Source of the DNA: Asterias rubens
Taxonomy: Eukaryota
Length of the DNA stretch: 64,000 bases
Reading direction: 5' to 3'
NCBI RefSeq assembly: GCF_902459465.1
Contig: NC_047069.1
Span: 19,530,001-19,594,000, forward strand
In this document: piece by piece, positions 25,001-37,000 of the stretch
How the letters are laid out: each line of letters opens with the position of its first letter
Numbering within the stretch: position 1 is the stretch's first letter
Made by a program: the position numbers and the translations under genes
The notes under the pieces: model-generated
What the model saw: the letters and a program-made list of their open reading frames with translations, nothing else
Databases searched by the model: none
What the model was told of the DNA's origin: nothing

Positions 25001-28000
25001 CTCCCAGGGAGAGCAGTGTTTTTACACTGATGGGGCTACCCTGTATAAATAATACTTAATAATAAGAATAAGTATAATAATGTTGGCTTTTGTTTATTGT
25101 AAATCAGGCATGTGGCACTCCCTTAGTTAATATGCCACTGCATGTAAGATGTATCGGAAGGACCGAGACAATGTACAGTAATTATTTGTTTTGGGCTAAT
25201 CTTATCGCTGAACTAGTGTCTTTCTTATTGTATCGATAAGAGAGGAGGCAACGGTCGGCCTGAATTCCCTGAAGCTAAATTCTTCCTACCTGGGGACCAA
25301 AAGGCCAGTTCTTTCCTCGTACCACCCTTGTGCCAACGTTCATCATAATGTCATCCTTCTCTGAGTCAGTCATGCTTCGTTTTTTCTCAAACATCAGATC
25401 TAATTTGTGAAAATATTGGGGTTTATTTTGAATCACGAACGAAGAAATTCCATTTTTTAAAGGATTTTTTTTGAGCCCCTGAAAACCCCCCCCCACAAAA
25501 CCCAGAAGAGAACTTGAGTTTTGAGGTTAATTTTTATCATAATTTTGTTTATTTGCGTGAGTAACACTTGTTTTTTGCGTTAGTAATAGTTGTTTATTGC
25601 ATGAGTTATACTCGTTTATTGTGTGAGTGACAGTTGTTCCTTTCGTGAGTAACAATCGTCTTTGTGTGAGTAGCAATGTCTTATTGCGTGAGTGTCAATC
25701 GTTCCATTTAAATATACTCACAGATTTCGTCATCATTGAAGGCTGAATTGTCTTTGAAATCTTGAAAATTCAAGCAGGAACATCCAGTTGGTTGGTCAAC
25801 AGCCAGTGCATCGTGAAAGTCCTGCGTGTGGCTCTTTCGCTTTTCCAGCAGATCCGAGTCCTCGACTTGCTTTCTTTCATTTGTCACCTTTTCAAGGTGT
25901 TGCTTGATCTTTTCTTCCTTTCTACGATTGACGATAATATGTTCCTCAAGTTGTTTGCCTCTTTCGTTGCAGAATTGTTCAACTTTTTCTTTGAGTTTTT
26001 TTTCCTGTTCACGAATTTCAGCAACTTTTCTGTCTGCGTCATCGGTGATAATTTTGTGTTTCTGCTGTATCATTTGTTTGTGTTTGTTGTGTAAACTTTC
26101 AAGAAACTGACCATGATTAGCTAGGTTTTCTAGGCGGTGCCCAACATTTGTGACAAGTTCCGTAATTGCGTTCTTGCTTGATTCTATTGCCTGTGATAAA
26201 TCATGGACTATGTGGGACTGATGATCCTCAGTGCATGAAGTCTCGCAGTGGTCTCGGTCGGTGTGAACTTCACATTTTGGTGGCTTGATTGGAGCTGTTT
26301 TATGATCTTTTGTTTTCTTGCTGCGTAAGTGCGCATTGTTACAAATTTCGCAAAGATATTCTGCACACTCTTGGCAGTAGATGACAGCTTCATCTTTCTC
26401 ATCGCAGTTTCCGCAAGTTATCGTAGACATAGCGATAATTGCTTGATGCGTAAGGTTGATTAATAAAAAACTGTTTGGAAGGTCGCTGCTTCCTGCCTCA
26501 GATGAAGTCGTTGCTTTCCTGCAGATGGGAAAAATAATGTTTTTTTTTCATAGGATTGACTTTCCTCATTCCTTCAAGACATCTCTGGTAGAAGTTAATG
26601 TGGCAAGTTAAATCTTTCAATGCAGAGGTCGCACATGTAGGATATATTTTATGTATTCTGAAATTTCCATGTACCCATGTACAATTTTGTTTGTTTTCCA
26701 TCAGATTCATAACCCATAATATATATGTATTCACAGGAGGGCGTTATCACTCAAGAAAGACATTTAATGACTTGTCTAACAAAATGTCCAAATACATGTA
26801 TCTAACAATTTTAGCACAAGCAGCATTCTTTAAAAAATCTCATCAAATCCTCTATGATCAACTTAAACAATTTTGGACCAGAAGAGTACAAGTTTGTGAT
26901 GTTATACATTTGAAGAGAGCATAATCTGTGCTTTAAAGGCAGTGGACACTATTGGTAATTATCAAAATCCAGTATTCTCACTTAGTGTATCTCAACATGT
27001 ACATAAAATAACAAACTTGTGAAAATTTGGGCTTGACTGGTCTTCGGAGTTGCGAGATAACTATGAAAGAAAAAACACCCTTGTCACACGAAGTTGTTTA
27101 CTTTCAATGCTTGATTTCGAGACCTCAAGTTCTAAACTTGAGGTCTCGAAATCAAATTTGTGGAAAATTACTTCTTTCTCGAAAACTACATCACTTCAGA
27201 GGGAACCGTTTCTCACAAGGTTATGTACTATCAACCTCTCCCTATTACTAGTAACCAATTAAGGTTTTATGCTTATAATTAATTTGAGTAAATACCAATA
27301 GTGTCCACTGCCTTTAATACTGTTCAAACCCCATGTTTATACCACAGTGAAATTGTTGATAAGAATGTTCTTAAATTTGCGTTGTCTATTGATGCATTCA
27401 CTAGGAAGGAATATAAAATTAGATTTATTTTAGCATTTAAATCCTAAAACAAATATTTTTCAAAATTTCACCCGTATTAGTCAGTAATTCCGTCAAACGA
27501 CTCAATTAGCTTGATCGCATTACATACACTGATAGATTTTACCTTTCACTTGTGAAATGATCACCATGTAATAGCAGCAGTCGAGTCTAGATGAAAATGA
27601 ATTAAAACGGATCATGTACATCATCATCATACCTTTGGAAATGGGTGCGGCCGTGACGTTCAGTTTTTATCACATTCGTGGATGGTGTAAGTACATGATG
27701 TAAATGCATCAGGCCAAACAAAAGAGAAGTTGAGTTTCTCGTTACTCTACCCATCCTAGAAAACCATAACCTACAATAATTTCATGAACTTCAAATTATG
27801 AAAAAAAAACACGCAGAACTTATGGTGACACCTGAGCCCATGTTCTGTTTACGTTATGATAGTAATAGTCCAGTTTGGATCAAAAGCTACCCTACTCATT
27901 ATAATAGTATTGATAATAGTGGCTCCTTATATAGCGTGCAATCTGTCATACAGTGTGCAAGGTACGTGGAATTACGTTGAATAAAGACCCACTCCCATAT

Positions 28001-31000
28001 TTTACTTTGTGTACTTTGGCTGGCGCTTCAGTTATAGGTATTAATTACACTGTGACGTGACTAGCCCACTCCATGGTTACAATAAAGCCTCTGCAAACTC
28101 ATTATCCAGCCGCTGGGAAGGTAGAGATTTGAATTTTGCAGTATAAAGACAAGATCTAAGATTAAGTGAAAAAGAGTTCCAGATGTGTGGTGCAGCTGAA
28201 GAAAAAGACCTGTCCCCAGGATTGTCAAGACTTGGGTTCAATGAAGAAAACTATTGAAATGGATCGGAGATTCCTTGACGGAGTGTAAACTTGAAGTAGT
28301 TCTGAGATATAGTGGGGAACCTTGCTGTGGTACACTGGTACTATAAGGCAGTGCTGGGAGGGGGGGCGGTGAGGCCTTGCTTGGGGGTTAGCTTCAAAGT
28401 ATCTGTTATGAAGTACACCTCTGGCGTTCTTGCGTGTATCCCCTGTATCACGCCCTCTATAGTCCTGAGTACTCCCTCTCCCTCGTAGAGGCGGCAGGTA
28501 TGCAAGCACATGCTTCGGATTTGTTCCACTATCATAACAGCCTATAATTGTACATCGCTACGCCTACTCAGACCCCAAGACCTGATTCCAGCCTAACTCC
28601 ACCCACCATCCAGTGCGTCGTCAGCCCATCCTAATATATTGGCCAATATTAAAGAAGGAAACAAAAAATGTCATGCCGTGGACCACCCTATATTTTGGTC
28701 AGTGTAATGGGAAACACAATTTTGTTTGGGTTTGGCCAAATCCAAGGGTACTCTGATCCATCATTAGACTTGCATGACTGTAGATCATGCACCATTAAAC
28801 ACAATTCTCTTTAAAGGCAGTGGACACTATTGGTAATTACTCAAAATATTTATTAGCATAAAACCTTAATTGGTAACGAGTAATGGGGAGAGGTTGATAG
28901 TATAAACACTGAGAAACGGCTCCCTCTGAAGTAACGTAGCTTTCGAGAAAGAAGTAATTTTCCACGAATTTGATTTCAAGAGCTCAGAATTAGGTGAGGT
29001 TTCGAAATCAGCTTGCATCTGAAAGCACACAACTTCGTGTTTCAAGGTTGTTTTTTCTTTCATTATTATCTCGCAACCTCGACGACCAATTGAGCTCATA
29101 CTTTCACAGGTTTGTTGTTTTATGTATATGTTGAGATACACCAAGTGAGAAGACTGGTCTTTGACAATTACCAGTAGTGTCCACTGTCTATAAAAATGTC
29201 TGGGATCTAATTTGCATATTGATTAAGCACCTTGGTTATACCATAGAGTACTGTCCTTACTCTATGGTTATACATTGGTAGAACAATTTTTCATCAGTGA
29301 TTTTTTTTTGAACTGGTAGAAGTCGGAGTGTGTGAAAACAACCTGTATGAGTGACTTTGGTTTTAAGAGGTGAAATCTCATCTCTGCAACCCATAACCCA
29401 GTCCTGAAACTTCATGGAGGCAACAGAGGCAATTGCCTCCTCCATGCCCCCTGGTCATTGCCTTGGTGCCCTTGAAATGCTCAAGTAGAAATTTACAGTT
29501 TCTTCATAGGGTGCCCTGTAGAAAATGTCTTGGTGCCCTTGCCCTTTTGAAAACAAGGCATACAGGCCTGAATTTACCTGTTTAATTGTACACTCAGGGC
29601 TCAACTCTTACACTGGCCCACTTTCCCAAGGCTAGTGATATAATGTCAGTGTTGGGCAGGTAAGTTTAAGACTGGACATTTCAATGTAACATCTTTGTCC
29701 ACAAAAATTGAATGATGTTCAAAATGTTTAGTTTGAATCTCACAAATATCTTTTAAGCCTGCTGCGTATCACCCATAAAACAGAAGAGATAAATCTTCTC
29801 TTAGTTTGTTTTTATCAAATGAAGCGGTTATAAGATGATAATCTGTTTATTCTAGTCTCATTTCATTTTGATTCTGGTCTTTTTAATAAAATCATTTTAA
29901 TAAATGATCTACGAGTAAATACCGCTTAAGTCTGGAGCGGTTATGTCCATGCAGGAAGATTAACCAGAAATTGGACTTCACAATCTGAGAAACATTTCAT
30001 GCATGCAACATTTCTGAAATTGAAATTTGGCTGAATCTCTCTCTCTAAAACTACATTCCTTTTAATGGAATCAGTTCTCAAAATGTTATACGTTATTATC
30101 AACATCAACAGCTGCAAATTGTTATGATAATTTATTTTTTGAGTAACTAACAAAGATATCGCTTGTCACCCTAGCATTTTTCAGAAACAAAGAAATACCA
30201 CCTAAATAAAAAAGACCTCAACAAGTATTCACCAAAATATTTTAGTACTACTCTTTACATTTCATGAAAACGATTAACAATGTGTATTAAAAATTAACAA
30301 TTTGTTTTTATACTAATACCGGGTACCCCATTAAGACTTTCTTTTGAAGGCTTTCTTCCTAACACTGTAAGACTTTGTACCTTAGATTTAAACTCAAGGC
30401 TTTCGACTTATGACACTAAGACTTTCTTTTTAAGACTTTCTACCTCAGACTTAAGTCTTTCTACCTAAGACTTTCTACTTAAGACTTTAGACTTTCTACC
30501 TTAGATTTAAGATTCAAGGCTTTCGACTTAATGACATTAAGACTTTCTTTTTAAGACTTTCTACCTCAGACTTAAAGGCAGTGGACACTATTGGTAATTG
30601 TCAAAGACTAGCCTTCACAGTTGGTGTATCTCAACATAAGCATAAAATAACAAACCTGTGAAAATTTGAGCTCAATCGGTCATCGAACTTGTGACATAAT
30701 AATGAAAGAGAAAAACACCCTTGTCACACGAAGTTGGGTGCGTTTAGATGGTTGATTTCGAGACCTCAAGTTCTAAATCTGAGGTCTCTAAATCAAATTC
30801 GTGGAAAACAACTCTTTCTCTAAAACTATGGCACTTCAGAGGGAGCCGTTTCTCACAATGTTTTATACCATCAACCTCTCCCCATTACTTGTCAGCAAGT
30901 AAGGTTTTATGCCAATAATTATTTTGAGTAATTACCAATAGTGTCCACTGTCTTTAAGTCTTTCTACCTAAGACTTTTTACTTATGACTTAAGACTTTCT

Positions 31001-34000
31001 ACCTTAGATTTAAGATTCAAGGCTTTCAACTTTCCATGACATTAAGACTTTCTTTTTAAGACTTTCTACCTCAGACTTAAGTCTTTCTACCTAAGACTTT
31101 CTACTTAAGACATTAAGACTTAAGACTTTCTACTTGAGACATTAAGACTTTCTTTTCAAGACTTTATACTTTATACTTAAGACTTTCTACCTAAGACTTT
31201 CTACTTAAGACATTAAGACTTAAGACTTTCTAATTGAGACATTAAGACTTTCTTTTCAAGACTTTCTACCTCAGACTTAAGTCTTTCTACCTAAGACTTT
31301 CTACTTAAGACATTAAGACTTAAGACTTTCTACTTGAGACATTAAGACTTTCTTTTCAAGACTTTATACTTTATACTTAAGACTTTCTACTTAATTCTAC
31401 TTGAGACTTTAGACTTGGGGCTTTCTACTTAAGGCTTTATACTTAAGACATTAATACTTTCTTTTTAAGACTTTCTACCTCAGACTTAAGTCTTTCTACC
31501 TAAGACTTTCTACTTAAGACATTAAGACTTAAGACTTTCTACTTGAGACATTAAGACTTTCTTTTCAAGACTTTATACTTTATACTTAAGACTTTCTACC
31601 TAAGACTTTCTACTTAAGACATTAAGACTTAAGACTTTCTAATTGAGACATTAAGACTTTCTTTTCAAGACTTTCTACCTCAGACTTAAGTCTTTCTACC
31701 TAAGACTTTCTACTTAAGACATTAAGACTTAAGACTTTCTACTTGAGACATTAAGACTTTCTTTTCAAGACTTTATACTTTATACTTAAGACTTTCTACT
31801 TAATTCTACTTGAGACTTTAGACTTGGGGCTTTCTACTTAAGGCTTTATACTTAAGACATTAATACTTTCTTTTAAAGACTTTCTACAAAAGACTTTAAG
31901 ACTTTCTACTTTTAAGACACTAGTACTTTGGACAATCTAGAGACTTGAGTTTGTACACAATCCTTCTCGTTACTTTCAAAGCCTATCATACTTGTCCATC
32001 ACTACACTCCTACCCGAACACCACAATGATCTACTCAGTCACTTTTTGGAATATACATAACGAATTGGCACGATATCAAAGATCCTGTTCTAATGCTGCT
32101 TGTTGTTCCATATGGAACAATCTTACTCCTAATTATTTGTCATTATGTTGATACATTGAAGTCCTTGTTAGCCTTTTGTGATTGTTAATTCTTTGTTTAT
32201 GTTTGTCTATACACCATTTTACTTAGTTCCTAAAGAACAATTGCAATGAAAGTTGTTTGTAATCACTTCAGAGTTTACACACACATGTTGACCATCAGGC
32301 AGGCAATTGATCATAATGTGTGAAGTTTCAGATCAATGACCTCATCAGGGGTCTCGCGACGTGGTATTACAGGTCAACTTTTTGACGTAATGCTAATGCA
32401 AACTAAATATCATACAAAATGATTTTTGTAAAAGTGGATGGTCGGTTTTTGTTGTTGCTTGTATGCATTGTCACTCTAGGGCCATGCAAAATCAAGGTCC
32501 TCAGGAGAGTAACGGTCAAGGTGGCCAGCAGGGCCTTCATCCCATCCTACTCTGACGTCCCAGTCGTTGCTTCGCCTAATTACACCTTCACCGGGTGGGT
32601 CACCATCCTATAGAAGATTAAAATAAAGCAACAATTAGTTCTATATATTTATTGGTAATTGTAATAAGCCAAGTTCTATCCACTTTATTTCTAGAATTGC
32701 AGGCAAATTTTGTTTGCACATTTCCAGTTCTGCTGATACTTTCATTATACCAAGTAACCAACAAAAAGTAAACCCTTTTTGTGTGAATTTTAAATTGTGC
32801 TGAGGCTGCTTCTTCTGCTTGTTTTTGCTTGCTAATTTAGTAGTGATATTGAAACTTGTGTACATTTCACAGCTCTGTAAACAGAAAGTGCGGAATAAAG
32901 CAAACCTTATAAATTTCTTGGTATGTGCCTTGAGAGATGACGTAAAGAAAATAAAGTAAAACGGTGCTCATAATGACTCTTAAAGGGACGCGTTGCCTCA
33001 ATCTCGATCCTAGGGGTGATCGATCTTGCCGCGCCATTTTTTCCCAGCATGCCTTGCTCGATCATAACCCCTGGAAGTGAAACTCAACAACATCCAAATA
33101 TAAGGGATATTACAATTAGTCCTGTGGTTGATCCATTCTGTGTTGGGCGTTAGTTGCGCACACACTGGATGCGCTGTGTGTAATAAAAGTCATAAACTTG
33201 CCGTGGCGTTCAGTGTTGCATGACAACAAAAGTGATATGTACATCTTTATACGCACGCGTTTCGGCGTATAGAGCTTTTTGGAGACGCACTGTGTTTATA
33301 TGATAGCCAATCAAAGAAGTGGATCGGAGTTTCCCTCCCAGCGGTTAGAGACATATACGCAGAGCTAGCAGGTGGTACGGCCCGCTGCCCATGGTAGCGA
33401 GGTTGGCGTTGCCTTGGATCAGGCGAGTTGAAACCATTTGTTATGAAATGCGTGGTTGGAAAAATGTTTTAAAGTAGAATATAACGGTCCACACAAATAT
33501 GCCTTGCATTTAGATGCTTTCCCTTGTACGCTGTGAACTAAAACGGCATGCCATTGACTCCACAAAATGGCTGACCGTGCTAGTTTGCAAAATAAAAGGA
33601 AATCCGTGCAATTTTGAGGCATATCTGTGTGGATCATTATATTATACTTTTAAAATATCTTTCCAACTGTATACATTTCATAACAAATGGTTTCAAACGC
33701 TTTTCATAGACCAACTTGCCCTATCCAAGGCAACGTGTCCCTTTAATGACGGCAATCGACTGGAATTGACCTACGTTTTGCACTTTGCAAATGATGTTTT
33801 TAGATGATTTAATGTTCCTCAACTTAGTTTGTTCCTACCTGCGCACCCCAATGCCACTTCTTTCCTCGTACCACCCATGTGCCAACTTTCATCCCATCTG
33901 AAACCTCGGAGTCAGTCATGTTTCGTTTTTGTCCAAACATCAGATCTAATTTGAGAACAAGGGAAATGTTTGTTTTCGGTTTTTTTCTTTATTGACCGAA

Positions 34001-37000
34001 GATAATAAAAGCTTAACTTTAGAAAAAGTTAATTTTGATTATATAGCTGGCCGGTATGCTTTTTGGAATGAGAAGCCCCTTTGGTGCACAGATAAATTTT
34101 ATTGTTATAAAAAAAAATGTTCATCCATGTTCATCCATGTTTTTCTATTGAACGTTTCATCAAATGAAAGCTCAACAATCGCTCTAATTAGAGCGATTGT
34201 TGAGCCAAACAACCGAATGAGGGTGGTGTACATTGGTGTTGTAGTTTTGAACGTGTTTTGGAGGTCTCTAGGAACCACCTTGTGCACCAAAGAGCTAATT
34301 TGTTGAATATCAATTAAAAGTGTGCGTCCTTTCTAAAGGATTTTTCATTATTGGACAGATTATAAATGCTTAACTTAAAGGCACTGGACACTATTGGTAG
34401 TTGTCAAAGACTAGTATATTCTCAGTTGGTGTATCTCAATATACATGTTGTGCACAAAATAACAAACCTGTGAAAATTTGAGCTCAATTGGTCGTTGAAG
34501 TTGCGAGATAATAGTGGAAGAAAAAACACCCTTTTCACACGAAGTTGTGTGCTTTCAGATGCTTGATTTCAGGACCTCAAAGTCTGATTCTGAGGTCTCA
34601 AAATCACATTCGTGGAAAATTACTTTTTTCTCAAAAACTACGTTACTTCAGAGGGAGCTGTTTCTCACAATGTCTTATACTACCAACAGCTCCGCATTGC
34701 TCGTTACCAACAAGTAAGTTTTTATGCTAACAATTGGTTTGAGTGGTTACCAATAGTGTCCACTGCCTTTAAGACAAAGTTTACATATCATGTAGGTTTG
34801 TTAACGAGTACGCAAAATTAGCTCAAAAATGTGCACATAGTTGATCAATTTACTCACAGATTTCCTCATCAGTGAAGTCTGAACTTTCTTTGAAATCTTT
34901 AAAATTCAGGCAGACACATCCAGTTGGGTTGTCAACATCCAGTGCATCTTTTAAGTCTTGCATAAGACTCTTTTGCATTTTCAGAAGATCAATTTCCTGG
35001 ACTCCTTTCTTGTCATTGGTCACCTTTTCCAGCTGTTGCTTTATCTTTTTTTCATTTATACAGTTGCTTGCCATAATTTTTTTGAATTCTTTGCCCTTTT
35101 CATAGCAGAATCTTGTCACTTTGTCTTTAAGTTTTTGTTCCTCTTTACGGAGTTCAGCAACTTTTCTGTCTGCGTCATCAGTGATAATTTTGTGTTTTTG
35201 CTTTATCCTTTCTTGGTGTTCAGTGGATAACATGTCAAGAAGTTCTCTTTTTTTAGTAAACCTTTGTAGGCACTTCTCAACTTGTTCGACACGATCATTA
35301 ATGATGTCATTGCTTGATTCTATGGCTTGTGATAAACCAACGAGTTCGTGGTAAGGGTTTCGATGATCCTGGGTGCATGAAGCACATATCATTATGAAGC
35401 AACGTTGGCAGTAGAAAATCTTGTTCTGGTTGGGGTGTGTACCACATTTTGGTACATTCGTGAGAAGCTGAGAGTTCTTTTTGAAACTTGCTTTGCCAGA
35501 GCGTAGATGGTCGATTGAAGCTTTTTCATGGCTTTTTGTTCTTTTGCTACGTTGGTGCGCATTGTCACAAACCTCGCAAAGAAATTCCTGACAATCAAGG
35601 CAGTAGCTGACAGCTTCATCTTCCTCATCGCAATCTTGACAAATTATCTTAGTCTGAAGACGTCTGACGAGCTGCTGTTGTTCGGCAATAGTTTCCATCA
35701 AGTTAATTAAGAAAAGACTCTGGGTGAGGTCATAAATTCCTGCCTCTGGTGAAGACGTTTCTTTTCTGCAGATGGGACATATAATGTTTTCTTCCAGAGG
35801 ATGGGCTGTCCTCATTTCTTCAAGACAGTTTTGGCAGAAGTTGTGTTTACAAGTCAGAGTCTTGGGGTTGATGTACTGCGAGTAGCAAATCGGGCATTCC
35901 AGCTGCGCTTTGCTGATATTATCTAATACAGTTTGACCATTAAGACCATGATGCTCAACAAGCCGCTGTTGTTCAGCAATAGTTTCCATCAAACTAATTA
36001 ATGAAAAGCTCTTTGGGAGGTCATCAATTCCTTCCTCTGGTAAAGAGGTTTCTCTCCTGCAGACGGGACATGAAATGCTTTTTGTTGGATGGGCTTCCAT
36101 CATTTCTTCTAGACAGTTTTTGCAGAAACTGTGTTCGCAAGTCAGGGTCTTGGGGTTGATGTACTGGGAGTAGCAAATCAGGCATTGCAACTGCGTTTTT
36201 CTGATATTATCCAACACGGGTACACTGCTTACCTCATCCATTTTTATTCCAGTGTCTCACAAGTATTGCAGTAAGAATTGATAGCTGAAATGCTAACTTC
36301 TACTGCAGTTATCAATGCTGCTCAAATGATAAAATGTACAAAATACGGTTGATAGTATAAAACACTACAAGAAATAGTGTCCACTGTCTTTAAGGGCCAT
36401 ACTTGCTGTGATAAATCAGATCAGACACTTCTCCACGTCTCAGACCAGAATAATCATACCGGGGTTGAATTGGTACTGGCTGGCTCCAGAAGATGCTCAA
36501 ACAGTGTTTGAATATAAAAGAATAGATGAGTATCAACTCTGAAACAACCACTTTTTTTTACAAAATTTCTCCGTGCACATCACCTAGAATACAATTGGTA
36601 CTGATAGTGTTTGCCTACCACAAGTGAAGTATTCACTATACTGTAGAAGTAGAGTCTAGCTGAATAAGAGTGAACTATGAACAAATAATGCACACTAGCT
36701 GTGAAAATGGGTGTAACTGTGCTATTCATTTTTGTTTATGTAAACCAAGGGTATATGTCATTGTCAGACTTGCATTATTGAATTGGAAAACATGTGTCCT
36801 TGTCACAAAAAGTAATTTTGGTAATTTGGCGAATAGCTAGTGTGACTAATGTCAAAGTTGCAACTCAGTCAGCGCGCAGCCCACTGAAAAGTGCTTCCGT
36901 TTGTTTTTTACGTATGCACGTTCCGTTGGGCTGTGCATATTTAATGAGCTTGGCGACCCCTTTTTAAAAACCTTGTAACTGTCAAAGTTTTCAGTAGAAT

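Noticed and set aside
36224-36241. Strong donor-like GAG|GTAAGC three codons after the TRIM3/4 ATG
   Set aside because: I found no in-frame acceptor that would cleanly skip RING1; needs RNA data.
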